DNA of 25,333 nt from Oscillatoriaceae cyanobacterium Prado104 (GCA_025454405.1 JALOON010000042.1:1-25333); one strand, 5' to 3'. Shown: positions 7,973 to 16,487, counted from the stretch's first letter. A program made the numbers and translations. Notes: generated by a model not told the origin, from the sequence alone.

Positions 7973-9490
7973 TTACGTTTCTCGATCGAGCACTTTGACA
8001 ATCTTGTTATAAATTTCTTCTGCTTCTTGCTGCGAATTGCCAATACTTGTCAGTCCCAATTTGCCAAACTCCGACAAACAGCCCATTAAATGAAAAATAG
8101 TCCCCGTTTCCGTACCCGTATCAAAATGCAGTTGATTGTCAGCAATAATATCCATTAAATCGTTCGGCAACAATCCCCGATAGCGCTCTTTTTTTAAATT
8201 GTCGGAAGCTACATAATATTTAGGACGCCCCTGCAGGCTGTAAAACAATCCTGTAGAGCGATCGTACCGACCGTTTGTTAGCAGTTTTAATGCCATAAAA
8301 GGATGAGTTGTACCTCCCTTCCGCAAGTTAATTTCTATTGCTTGAATATCCCACTTGCCATCAGCTTGCTGCACCGCCACAAAATCAACTCCAAACCTCT
8401 CTAAAGCGCCTTTTTCTGATAATTTTTGCCCTACTTTCCAACCCAATTCTTGCAGCGCTATCCGATAGGATTCATCCGCAGGAAACCGACAGCCCAGAAA
8501 AATTTGACCGTCGGGACCTCCTAAAATCTGGTCGTGAGTGGAAAGAATTTCGACTTCGCCACTGGGGAGAACTCGACCTTGAACGCTGGGCGATCGCTTG
8601 TTTTCTCCTTCGATAAATGCTTCGGCGATCGCCCCTAATTCCGGTATCCTGCTGCTGAAATTTTCCCATTTTTCTCCGGCTGCTTGAAAGCGCAAATTTG
8701 GTAAATAATCGGCGATTGCTTTTACCTTGTCTCGATCGGATGTACCCGCAATAGTTTTCAGTTCTAAAATAGCATTACCTTCGCCTGAGAAACCTTCATT
8801 TAGCTTAATTACAATCCTCTGCAAATCCGGCTGTCTTTGCCACAATTGAGCTGCCGCTAATGCTAAATCTCCCACATTCCAAACTAACTCCGAACCGTCG
8901 GGATAAGGCACGCCAGATTCTGCAAAAATTTGCCTGCTACCGCTTTTTGTTCCCCAATACAACAAATCTGGATCGCTGGCCCATAAAGGGATGCCCAATT
9001 TAACAGATAACTCGCGTTCTAAAGGCGTCGAGTTGTAACAAATCATATAAGATTTTGTCGGTCGCACTGCTTGGCGAATGCGTTCCATCAAGCGGGGGCG
9101 TTCTAAGATTTTTTGAGTGAGAGATTTCGCAGAAGCATCGTAAGTGGAAAATAATAATAGTCGATCGCGCGCGTGCGAAAATGGAATTCCCGGCAGCAGT
9201 TGCAAGTAATAATCAATTATCATGGGATGCAGCGGCTCGGAAGTCATGTAAATTAAGCGGGTGCGGGGATTTCGCAGGCGAATTAACGAGAATAAATGCC
9301 GTTCCTCGTAGTGGTGCGCGCCGGGGATTTTCTGCATTTCTTGCTGGTCTAAAGTGAGGGAGGGAATGACCATAATGTCGCAATCTCCGCTATCAAATTC
9401 TTCGATCGCCTGCCAGCGTTCTCGAAGTTCGCTTTGCAGGTTGCGAAATTGCAGAACGGTTTCTAAAGGTGAATTCGTTAACTCTAGCAT
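7973..9490 (-). CDS. ATP-grasp fold ligase with N-terminal pre-ATP-grasp-like domain (possibly PGM1-like peptide/carboxylate-amine ligase)
   Basis: ATP-grasp signatures are present: IVIKLNEGFSGEGN (Lys plus flexible Gly loop), AIAEAFIEG and FGVDFVAVQQADGKWDIQAIEINLRKGGTTHP (E-x-N Mg site). The family-level name is an inference from memory. Confidence 0.6.
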   Translation of the reverse strand: MLELTNSPLETVLQFRNLQSELRERWQAIEEFDSGDCDIMVIPSLTLDQQEMQKIPGAHHYEERHLFSLIRLRNPRTRLIYMTSEPLHPMIIDYYLQLLPGIPFSHARDRLLLFSTYDASAKSLTQKILERPRLMERIRQAVRPTKSYMICYNSTPLERELSVKLGIPLWASDPDLLYWGTKSGSRQIFAESGVPYPDGSELVWNVGDLALAAAQLWQRQPDLQRIVIKLNEGFSGEGNAILELKTIAGTSDRDKVKAIADYLPNLRFQAAGEKWENFSSRIPELGAIAEAFIEGENKRSPSVQGRVLPSGEVEILSTHDQILGGPDGQIFLGCRFPADESYRIALQELGWKVGQKLSEKGALERFGVDFVAVQQADGKWDIQAIEINLRKGGTTHPFMALKLLTNGRYDRSTGLFYSLQGRPKYYVASDNLKKERYRGLLPNDLMDIIADNQLHFDTGTETGTIFHLMGCLSEFGKLGLTSIGNSQQEAEEIYNKIVKVLDRET

Positions 9491-9505
9491 TGCATTTTAC
9501 CTACT

Positions 9506-9577
9506 GGGAAAGAGAGGGAGAGTGGGGGAGGGGGAGAGGGGGAGAGGGGGAGAGAGGAAGAGGGGGAGAGGGGGAGA
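9506..9577. repeat. (GGGGAGA)n polypurine heptamer tandem repeat (~10 units) between the GT39 and ATP-grasp genes
   Basis: gggaaagagagggagagtgggggagggggagagggggagagggggagagaggaagagggggagagggggagaa, read directly. It is followed by (ATCCGTG)3 at 9634-9660 and (CAACTGT)5 at 9678-9710. Confidence 0.9.
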
Positions 9578-9677
9578 ATTTTTCTTTCTTCCTTCTGACG
9601 AAGAACGAATGACTCAAGAAATACGGATAATTCATCCGTGTATCCGTGTTATCCGTGTCGTGCCTTCCTTCTTCCTT

Positions 9678-9710
9678 CAACTGTCAACTGTCAACTGTCA
9701 ACTGTCAACT
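9678..9710. repeat. (GTCAACT)5 heptamer repeat, reverse complement of the AGTTGAC family, directly after the GT39 stop
   Basis: caactgtcaactgtcaactgtcaactgtcaact, read directly. Confidence 0.9.
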
Positions 9711-9713
9711 ATT

Positions 9714-11330
9714 TTAAGCATCCCACCGCACTCGAAAAAGTCTGGCATATTCCAATATAGGCTCTAACCGGCGTTGGTATTCCTGCAAGGCCGATCGCAA
9801 CTTTTCGGAAGGCCGGAACGCTAGAGGATTCGTATATTTTCTTACCGTATCGATATCTGGCGACTGACTCAGCAGCAGCAATCGCACATCTTTATCCAGC
9901 AGATAACTTAAAGATAGCAAATCTCCCATGTTTGTAAAATCGTTGCCCCGATCGCTAATTACAATTGTATCTTTAATCGATCGATTAGCTATCGCTTCTT
10001 TGTTAATATATCCGGCAACTTGTGCGTTAAAATAGCTCAAGTCTTTGCTCCACCAAGTATTAGAAAAAGCACTGGCAGTACATGATGCTATGCTGGCTGC
10101 AAACACCGCTGATACAATGATTTTTCCGAACGACTGCCGGCTTTTGATGGTGCTGGCAAGCCAGCCTGCAACTGCTAGCTGCACTCCCGGAAAACAAGAA
10201 ACCAAATAGCGACTGACGGCCGATCTCTTGCCTCCCATAATTATATCCGGTAAAGCTAATATTAGAAAAGGTACAAAAATCGATGTTACAACAAACAGCC
10301 AAGTTGCAGTGTTAGTGTGGCGGCACATTTGGTAAAGTGCGACGGCAATTAATAGCAAAAACGGCACTCTCAGCAGGTAAGTCCAGATATTATCAAATCC
10401 AAAATCGAGGTCAAAAAATATGGCTGTAAAACTGAGAGTCCACAATTTGCTAAGGAAAGGCAAACCGGGGGCGACTCGCGTCCAATCTGTCGTAGCTTCG
10501 GCGCGTTGGAGGTTGGTTGCCAGCACGTAAATCCAAGGCACGTACAAAATTAAACCCGCTGTTACTGCTAAGAAAAACTGGGAATTGATGATGTGTCCTT
10601 GTACTTCCTTTCTTTTGACAAACAACCAATATAAAATTACAAAAGCCCCCTGTCCGATTAATGTTAAGCTGAAGAATGGATGAGTGTAGAAACCAAGGGC
10701 GATCGCCAGCGCATAAAACACCCAATTATACCATTTTTGCAACCGCACTGCTCTCAACAACAGCCAACTGCTGCCGATAACTGTTACTGTTAGCAAACTG
10801 TACTGTCTTGCTGTCTGAGCGAACAAGATATCGAAGGGAGATAAAGCTAACAGGGCTGTTGCTAATAAAGAAGCTGAACTTGAGGCAAAAAGTTCTTTCG
10901 CTAAAGCGTACATTAAAGGTAAAGACAGCAAGCTCAGTAGCGCTGGCAAAGTGCGGGATGCTGTTAGAGAACTGCCAAATTGCTGCATCCAAAATCGAGC
11001 CATGAGAAAGTATAAAGGTGGATGCTGCGGGTCTTCCAACGCGAGGGAATTAATTGTATCTGCTGCGGTACTTCCCGGTTTTATCTGTTGGTATTTCTGC
11101 AATTGGGGAGCAGGAAAGATACGGTTTTGGAAAAGTTCGTCATCGATTTCTTGTCGGGTGAAGCCAGCCGCCCGGAGCGAGGTGTAAGCTTCATCATGCC
11201 AGTAAAGTTTGCGATCGAGCTGGAAAAAGCGAAATCCGATGCCTAATAAAATAACAGCAATTAATAGACTTATAAACCATCGTTGGTTTGGGCGGTCTAT
11301 CGAATTATTTCGCTCAGTTGTAGGTGCCAT
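9714..11330 (-). CDS. Glycosyltransferase family 39 (PMT/ArnT-like, GT-C) polytopic membrane glycosyltransferase
   Basis: About 12 predicted TM segments. The first-loop motif YWHDEAYTSLRAAG (DE catalytic pair) is typical of GT39/ArnT-like enzymes. 538 aa. Confidence 0.7.
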   Translation of the reverse strand: MAPTTERNNSIDRPNQRWFISLLIAVILLGIGFRFFQLDRKLYWHDEAYTSLRAAGFTRQEIDDELFQNRIFPAPQLQKYQQIKPGSTAADTINSLALEDPQHPPLYFLMARFWMQQFGSSLTASRTLPALLSLLSLPLMYALAKELFASSSASLLATALLALSPFDILFAQTARQYSLLTVTVIGSSWLLLRAVRLQKWYNWVFYALAIALGFYTHPFFSLTLIGQGAFVILYWLFVKRKEVQGHIINSQFFLAVTAGLILYVPWIYVLATNLQRAEATTDWTRVAPGLPFLSKLWTLSFTAIFFDLDFGFDNIWTYLLRVPFLLLIAVALYQMCRHTNTATWLFVVTSIFVPFLILALPDIIMGGKRSAVSRYLVSCFPGVQLAVAGWLASTIKSRQSFGKIIVSAVFAASIASCTASAFSNTWWSKDLSYFNAQVAGYINKEAIANRSIKDTIVISDRGNDFTNMGDLLSLSYLLDKDVRLLLLSQSPDIDTVRKYTNPLAFRPSEKLRSALQEYQRRLEPILEYARLFRVRWDA

Positions 11331-11348
11331 AATTTGCTTGATTGAAAC

Positions 11349-11542
11349 AAAAAAACCGGGGTTTTGGTAGAATTGGCGGGTTGCAGCGAAATATTATCTC
11401 GAAAAACTCGGTTTCTGGCTACCCGAAGCGCGACAGCGCGATCGATTAGAAGCTTGCAGGATGCTCGATCGATTGAGAAACCGGGTTTCTGTGCGAAAAA
11501 TACGGTTTTGTTGCAAAGTCTTTGCCAGAAACCCGGTTTCTG
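11349..11542. repeat. Four copies of a 15-17 bp palindrome (CA)GAAACC-N-GGTTTC(TG) in the GT39/recA divergent intergenic region
   Basis: aaaaaaccggggtttt (11349-11365), gaaaaactcggtttctgg (11401-11418), gagaaaccgggtttctg (11475-11491), cagaaacccggtttctg (11526-11542). Spacings are 52/73/51 bp. Confidence 0.6.
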
Positions 11543-11738
11543 ACCCGCAGCGACTCGATTTGAAATCGACCCCCACAGCAAAGCCCAAATATATAGTAAT
11601 TCTAGCTGCTGCCCGATCGCGGTATGTTGCGTCGCTGCGATATGGTGCGGTGCGTCGCCATTATCCAGTTGCCAACAACCAGGACTGTGGCAGCGGCAGA
11701 CCCTACTGTTGTTGAAACTCTTACAGTGAAAGGCTTTT

Positions 11739-11776
11739 CCCTTCTTCCTTCTTCCTTCTTCCTTCTTCCTTCTCCC
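11739..11776. repeat. (TTCTTCC)5 polypyrimidine heptamer tandem repeat
   Basis: cccttcttccttcttccttcttccttcttccttctccc, read directly, about 120 bp upstream of the recA ATG. Confidence 0.8.
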
Positions 11777-11879
11777 AGCAAGATAAAGATTTCTAAATCA
11801 AATCGCCCAGAACCGGCCGCCCCCCAAAATACCTGTTAACATACGTGTTGTACAGTTAATCAACAAACTCCGCGAGGGG

Positions 11880-11893
11880 TGTACCCGCGTACC
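11880..11893. promoter_or_regulatory. GTAC-N4-GTAC palindrome (cyanobacterial LexA-box-like) 5 bp upstream of the recA start codon
   Basis: tGTACccgcGTACc resembles the cyanobacterial LexA consensus RGTACNNNDGTWCB, with one deviation at the D position. Location is 11880-11893; recA ATG is at 11898. Confidence 0.3.
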
Positions 11894-11897
11894 GCAA

Positions 11898-13028
11898 ATG
11901 GCAAAAAAAGACACATCACCAAAAACTGGGACTGAAGACGTTGCAAAGCAAAAAGCCCTCAGTTCGGTACTGCAACAAATCGAGCGCAGCTTTGGTAAAG
12001 GCGCAATCGTCCGTTTGGGAGACGCCACTCGGATGAAGGTAGAAACGATATCCACAGGCGCGCTGACGCTGGATATCGCTTTGGGAGGGGGCTTGCCCAA
12101 AGGCCGAGTGATCGAAATTTACGGTCCGGAAAGTTCCGGTAAAACCACTCTAGCCTTACACGCGATCGCGGAAGTACAAAAATCCGGCGGGATCGCCGCC
12201 TTCGTGGATGCCGAACACGCCCTCGATCCCACCTACGCCTCGGTTTTGGGCGTTGATATTGAAAATCTGTTAGTTTCGCAGCCCGACACCGGGGAAATGG
12301 CTCTGGAAATTGTCGATCAACTCGTGCGTTCCGTTGCTGTAGATATTGTAGTAGTTGACTCCGTAGCGGCCCTGGTTCCCCGCGCTGAAATTGAAGGCGA
12401 CATGGGCGACTCTCACATGGGCTTGCAAGCGCGCTTGATGAGCCAAGCTTTGCGAAAAATCACCGGTAACATCGGCAAATCCGGCTGTACGGTAATTTTC
12501 CTCAACCAATTGCGGCAAAAAATCGGCGTAACCTACGGCAACCCCGAAACAACAACCGGCGGTAACGCTCTCAAATTTTATGCCAGCGTGCGGCTCGATA
12601 TCCGCCGCATTCAAACCTTGAAAAAAGGCTCGGACGAGTACGGCAACCGCACTAAAGTTAAAGTTGCAAAAAATAAAGTTGCTCCGCCTTTCCGCATTGC
12701 TGAATTTGACATTGTATTTGGCAAAGGTATTTCGACTTTGGGCTGTCTGACTGACTTGGCCGAAGAAATGGGAGTAATTACTAAAAAAGGTTCTTGGTAC
12801 AGTTACAACGGCGATAACATCGCTCAAGGTCGAGACAATGTAATTAAGAACATGGAGGAAAAACCGGAATTTAGAAATCAAATCGAGCAGCTAGTAAAAG
12901 AAAAACTGGCTACTGGGGCTGTGGTTTCGGCTAATTCTGTGGCTCCTGTCGATGACGTTGATGATGATGAGGACGATGTTGATGATGTTGATGCTGAGGT
13001 TCTAGAAGATTTGGACGACGAAATCTAA
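11898..13028 (+). CDS. recA: Recombinase RecA
   Basis: Unambiguous: [34 protein letters not shown] (Walker A), [20 protein letters not shown]-like L2 region, and an acidic [10 protein letters not shown]-terminal tail. Confidence 0.95.
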   Translation: MAKKDTSPKTGTEDVAKQKALSSVLQQIERSFGKGAIVRLGDATRMKVETISTGALTLDIALGGGLPKGRVIEIYGPESSGKTTLALHAIAEVQKSGGIAAFVDAEHALDPTYASVLGVDIENLLVSQPDTGEMALEIVDQLVRSVAVDIVVVDSVAALVPRAEIEGDMGDSHMGLQARLMSQALRKITGNIGKSGCTVIFLNQLRQKIGVTYGNPETTTGGNALKFYASVRLDIRRIQTLKKGSDEYGNRTKVKVAKNKVAPPFRIAEFDIVFGKGISTLGCLTDLAEEMGVITKKGSWYSYNGDNIAQGRDNVIKNMEEKPEFRNQIEQLVKEKLATGAVVSANSVAPVDDVDDDEDDVDDVDAEVLEDLDDEI

Positions 13029-13063
13029 GTTTTTTAGCGAGCTGCAATCTGTAGTTATCTGTA

Positions 13064-13092
13064 GGTGCGCAGCGCGCACCTTACTCATTTTT
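13064..13092 (+). terminator. Rho-independent terminator of recA
   Basis: GGTGCGCagcGCGCACC perfect 7-bp GC stem followed by ttactcattttt. It lies 36 bp after the recA stop. Confidence 0.6.
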
Positions 13093-13105
13093 CACCAGAT
13101 TAGCG

Positions 13106-13481
13106 ATGCTAATTATAGAACCTTCTGGGAAGACCATTGGCTTAGATGTTGGACTGAAGGAATATTACACCGATTCGGATCTGGATTGAATACTTTGGCA
13201 AAGTATTTGAGAGAGTAACAGTTGCGGTAAATCCGCAATATACCAGCCAAGAATGCTCTAACTGCGGTGAAATTGTCAAGAAAACGCTATCCACAAGAAC
13301 TCACGTTTGTAAATGCGGTTGTATTCTTGACAGGGATTTTAATGCAGCTAGAAATATCCTGAGTCGAGGATTGAGTACGGCGGGGTACGTCGGAACTTTT
13401 GCATTAAATGCAAGTAACGCTTTGGGAGAATTGACCTCTACTCTAGTTGGAGAAATCCAATCAGAGCAAGTTAGCTCGTAG
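13106..13481 (+). pseudogene. Degraded IS200/IS605-family tnpB (OrfB) relic: N-terminally truncated, internally deleted and frameshifted
   Basis: Frame A (13106..13189) gives MLIIEPSGKTIGLDVGLKEYYTDSDLD*, a RuvC-I-like motif. Frame B (13185..13481) gives EYFGKVFERVTVAVNPQYTSQECSNCGEIVKKTLSTRTHVCKCGCILDRDFNAARNILSRGL, the TnpB zinc ribbon plus RuvC-III DRDxNAAxNI. About 150 aa between the two pieces and the N-terminal third are missing. No tnpA. Confidence 0.7.
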
Positions 13482-13796
13482 AACAAAGAATCCCCGCGCG
13501 TTTACGCGCCCGGAGTGTCAATTTTCACCTGTTCGCAATCTTGTATGGTACTCTCTTGCTACCCCCTTAAAAAGGGGGGCAGGGCAGGGCGGATTTATTG
13601 TTGCGAAAAGAAATCAGCAGACCTTGAAACCTCGTTCGAGCTTGATTGTTCGCGATCGATTAAGTCAACGGAGCAATCGGCTTCACGGAATTTCTCTGGC
13701 GACCATAAATCCCCCCTGCTTTTTAAGGGGGGCAGGGGGGGATCTAAGGGTTTGAAAAAACGCTTTAGTCCCGATCTTTGAGGACTGAAGTCCTCA

Positions 13797-14879
13797 CTAC
13801 GAACCCAATCTAAAAAGATCCGCAAAAACCGCATTTCCTTCCATTATTCTACTCGCATCCGGCGAATCGCAAGCTACCAAAAGCGCTTTCTCCTCTCCCA
13901 AATACGGAAACAGCGACAACCCCTCAGCATTGTCCGTACCAACTTTAAAAGGCAAGTCAAACAATGCCTCCAAATCTCCTCCATTTTGCCCGGTAATGCT
14001 GTCTCCTTCTCGCCCTAAAATTCCCCTCAGCCGAAACACCGTCATCTCCCCAGATACAGTCATCGTCGGCCCCGCCAAAGCAATCAAATCTTCCCCATGC
14101 CAGCAAAATTCTCGCACTCCCAAACCGCTCAAATCCACAAAATGTTTTTTGTACGATTTCCCTCCTTTTCCAATCTCCTTAAGCTTCAAAACTCCCGCTT
14201 TTGCCTCTTCAATTTCTAGTTCTAAAATTATCGCCCACCCCCGCAATACCGGCCCGCGCAAACCGAGAAAAATTCGATCGCCCTTTACCGCCAACCCTTC
14301 AATATCAAATCCATTTTCTTTACTCGGAATTGGCACCGATAAATACAACCCGAGATGGCTGTCATTTTTCAGCACATCTGTCAGCAAACTTCCCGTTTCA
14401 GTTCGCTGCAAGCATCCCGCTGTCAGTTGAATTTCGGGATTGTCTGGATGGGAAATTGACTTGTGTAAAATTCCATCTTTTATCGGGATGCGCGCCAGCA
14501 AATAGCGGTTGACATCTGTCTCGATTTGTGCTAATCTTTCGATATCTTTGTCGGCGTCTTTGCCTTTAGCTTTCTTGCGTTTTGTGCTGTGAGAACCGAC
14601 CAGCCACAGATAATTGTTGCTGAAATCAATGCCTTCGATATCGATTTCGCCTTCTCCCGACAGTTCGAGAAAATCGGCAATCGCAAATCTTTGATGTTTT
14701 CCAAAAACATGAGGCGCAACAGGCGACAAACGCTCGATCGAAGTTGTTTCGTCGGAACCCAGCCACAAATTCCCGTCTGGAGTTAAGGCAACAGCAGACA
14801 AATCTGCAATAATATCGGCGGCTTCGCTGTTGAATTGCAGGAGCAGGCGACCTAGCAAAAAAGATTCTGACATAATCAT
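13797..14879 (-). CDS. Conserved hypothetical protein (DUF3616-like by recollection; probable beta-rich fold)
   Basis: A long ORF with good coding character. The track ORF starts at a TTG (14888); an in-frame ATG at 14879 or 14873 (MIMSESF / MSESF) is more likely. No catalytic motif recognised. The family name is from memory only. Confidence 0.55.
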   Translation of the reverse strand: MIMSESFLLGRLLLQFNSEAADIIADLSAVALTPDGNLWLGSDETTSIERLSPVAPHVFGKHQRFAIADFLELSGEGEIDIEGIDFSNNYLWLVGSHSTKRKKAKGKDADKDIERLAQIETDVNRYLLARIPIKDGILHKSISHPDNPEIQLTAGCLQRTETGSLLTDVLKNDSHLGLYLSVPIPSKENGFDIEGLAVKGDRIFLGLRGPVLRGWAIILELEIEEAKAGVLKLKEIGKGGKSYKKHFVDLSGLGVREFCWHGEDLIALAGPTMTVSGEMTVFRLRGILGREGDSITGQNGGDLEALFDLPFKVGTDNAEGLSLFPYLGEEKALLVACDSPDASRIMEGNAVFADLFRLGS

Positions 14880-14920
14880 TTGCACCAATACTGCGATTAT
14901 GGTAAGTGATTATAGCCAAG

Positions 14921-15007
14921 GTCTGCTGGGGAATTCATGACACCCAAAGTCCGCTGGGGAATTCATGTTACCCAAAGTCCGCCGGGGAATCAATTCCCCG
15001 TCTCAAA
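14921..15007. repeat. 28-bp tandem repeat x about 3 (gtcYgcYggggaattcatgNNacccaaa) in the divergent promoter region
   Basis: Units at 14921-14948, 14949-14976 and a degenerate copy at 14977-15007. Hairpins follow: agtcctcttccagaggact (15083-15101) and caggggttttcaacccctg (15114-15132). Confidence 0.7.
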
Positions 15008-15311
15008 GCGAAAGTCGGTTAAAAACCGACTGAAAACTCCAACCAAAAATTCAAACCAAAAACTCAAACACATACACTATTCAGTCCTCTTCCAGAGGAC
15101 TTTAGCTTTGAGACAGGGGTTTTCAACCCCTGGCGGACTCTCGGGCTGACGGGTAGACCTCCCAACCGCAGCCAGCAGTCAACATTCCGCAAACCGAACC
15201 TCCCGAGGCGGATAACACCCTAATTCAAACATTAACATCTCCATTACATTTCGTTACGATAAGGACAATGAGAGAAAAAAATCTCGGCAATAATATGAGA
15301 GGTAGCCAAAA

Positions 15312-16415
15312 ATGAACGGTACATTTCGCGTCGGCAACCTGTTTGGAATTCCCTTTTATGTCAACGTATCTTGGTTTTTAGTTCTGGGTTTAGTAACGTG
15401 GCAGTACGGCGGCCGACTGGCTTTCCTGTTTCCCGCACTCGGCCCTCTAGCACCTTGGCTGTTGGGATTTTTCGCAGCGCTGCTGTTATTTGCTTCCGTC
15501 TTAGCCCATGAATTAGGACACAGTTGGGTAGCTATCAAACAGGGAATTGGCGTGAAATCTATTTCGCTATTTCTGTTTGGCGGGCTGGCTAATTTGGAAA
15601 GAGAATCGAAAACCCCAGCCGAAGCATTTTGGGTAGCCATCGCAGGCCCCCTAGTCAGCCTGTTTCTGTTCGGTTTGCTAAGCGCGATCGCGATTTTCGT
15701 CCCCCTACCCGGCCCGGCAACCGCCATTGTCGGACTATTAGCTTCCATTAACTTAGTCCTGGCTTTATTTAATTTAATTCCCGGCTTGCCTCTAGACGGT
15801 GGCAACATCCTCAAAGCCCTCGTTTGGAAGATTACCGGAAACCCTTACAAAGGTACAGTTTTTGCCAGCCGCGTCGGTCAAATTATCGGTTGGATCGCGA
15901 TCGTGACAGGCCTTTTCGGCAGTATCTGGAACTTAGTAATCGGCTGGTTCTTGCTGCAAAATGCAGGTCAATCCGCACAGTATGCTACAGTTCAAAATCA
16001 GCTTGCGGGACTGACAGCAGCAGACGCCGTAACTTCCGAAAGCCCGATCGTCCCGGAAAACTTATCTCTCAGAGAGTTCGCCAACAATTTTGTTATTGGC
16101 AAAACTCACAACTGGCGCAAGTTTTTAGTTACAGATGATTCGGGACAATTAGTAGGGGCGATCGAACTTGAGGATCTCAAAACTATTCCTACCGGTAATT
16201 GGCCGCAAGTTTTAGTTAAAGAACTTACCAAGCCGATGGAATTTTCCACCACAGTCAAACCAGAATTATCTCTCCTCGAAGTTGTCACTCTCCTCGAACA
16301 GCATAAAGTCCAAGAACTCCCCGTTGTTCGCGACAATGGCGTCCTCGTCGGACTTGTAGAAAAAGCTGAAATTATCCGCTTGCTGCAAAGACGCGCTGAA
16401 GCTAACCCCGCTTGA
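15312..16415 (+). CDS. Site-2 protease (M50) family zinc metalloprotease with C-terminal CBS pair
   Basis: HELGH zinc motif inside a TM helix, a second motif NLIPGLPLDGG (LDG), multiple TM segments, and the C-terminal ~120 aa reads as a CBS pair (LVGAIELEDL...VVRDNGVLVGLVEKAEI). Confidence 0.8.
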   Translation: MNGTFRVGNLFGIPFYVNVSWFLVLGLVTWQYGGRLAFLFPALGPLAPWLLGFFAALLLFASVLAHELGHSWVAIKQGIGVKSISLFLFGGLANLERESKTPAEAFWVAIAGPLVSLFLFGLLSAIAIFVPLPGPATAIVGLLASINLVLALFNLIPGLPLDGGNILKALVWKITGNPYKGTVFASRVGQIIGWIAIVTGLFGSIWNLVIGWFLLQNAGQSAQYATVQNQLAGLTAADAVTSESPIVPENLSLREFANNFVIGKTHNWRKFLVTDDSGQLVGAIELEDLKTIPTGNWPQVLVKELTKPMEFSTTVKPELSLLEVVTLLEQHKVQELPVVRDNGVLVGLVEKAEIIRLLQRRAEANPA

Positions 16416-16444
16416 GTCCCCAGGACTGCAGACCAATAACATTC

Positions 16445-16487
16445 AACCCCCCGACCTATCCCTAAAAAAATGGGCGATCGGGGGGTT
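16445..16487 (+). terminator. Hairpin after the S2P gene (10-bp GC-rich stem, long loop); weak terminator candidate
   Basis: AACCCCCCGA...TCGGGGGGTT with a 23-nt loop. A T-run (tagctttt) lies only 10 nt downstream. Confidence 0.3.

Noticed and set aside
709-9710. Possibility that the heptamer arrays are CRISPR arrays
   Set aside because: The units are 7 bp with no spacers and no nearby cas genes. They are simple-sequence repeats, not CRISPR.
11297-11839. Several 64-94 aa ORFs on both strands in the recA upstream region
   Set aside because: They are mutually overlapping, span the palindrome array, and have no motifs. The region is better explained as regulatory or non-coding.
11838-11870. 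gttaacatacgtgttgtacagttaatcaac, considered as a LexA or NtcA site
   Set aside because: It is only partially palindromic (GTTG...CAAC ends) and does not fit either consensus. The GTAC-N4-GTAC site at 11880 is the better candidate.
12270-12881. 203-aa antisense ORF inside recA
   Set aside because: It lies on the opposite strand within one of the most conserved genes known. It has no motifs and is a typical shadow ORF.
13447-13781. ORFs 13447..13755 and 13515..13781 (+), Arg/Gly-rich
   Set aside because: They overlap G-rich hairpins and repeats, have biased composition, and have no start context. They are more likely a structured non-coding region.
14937-15149. 70-aa ORF in the divergent promoter region
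   Set aside because: It is made of the 28-bp tandem repeats and the (AAAMYCA)n run, with a low-complexity translation.
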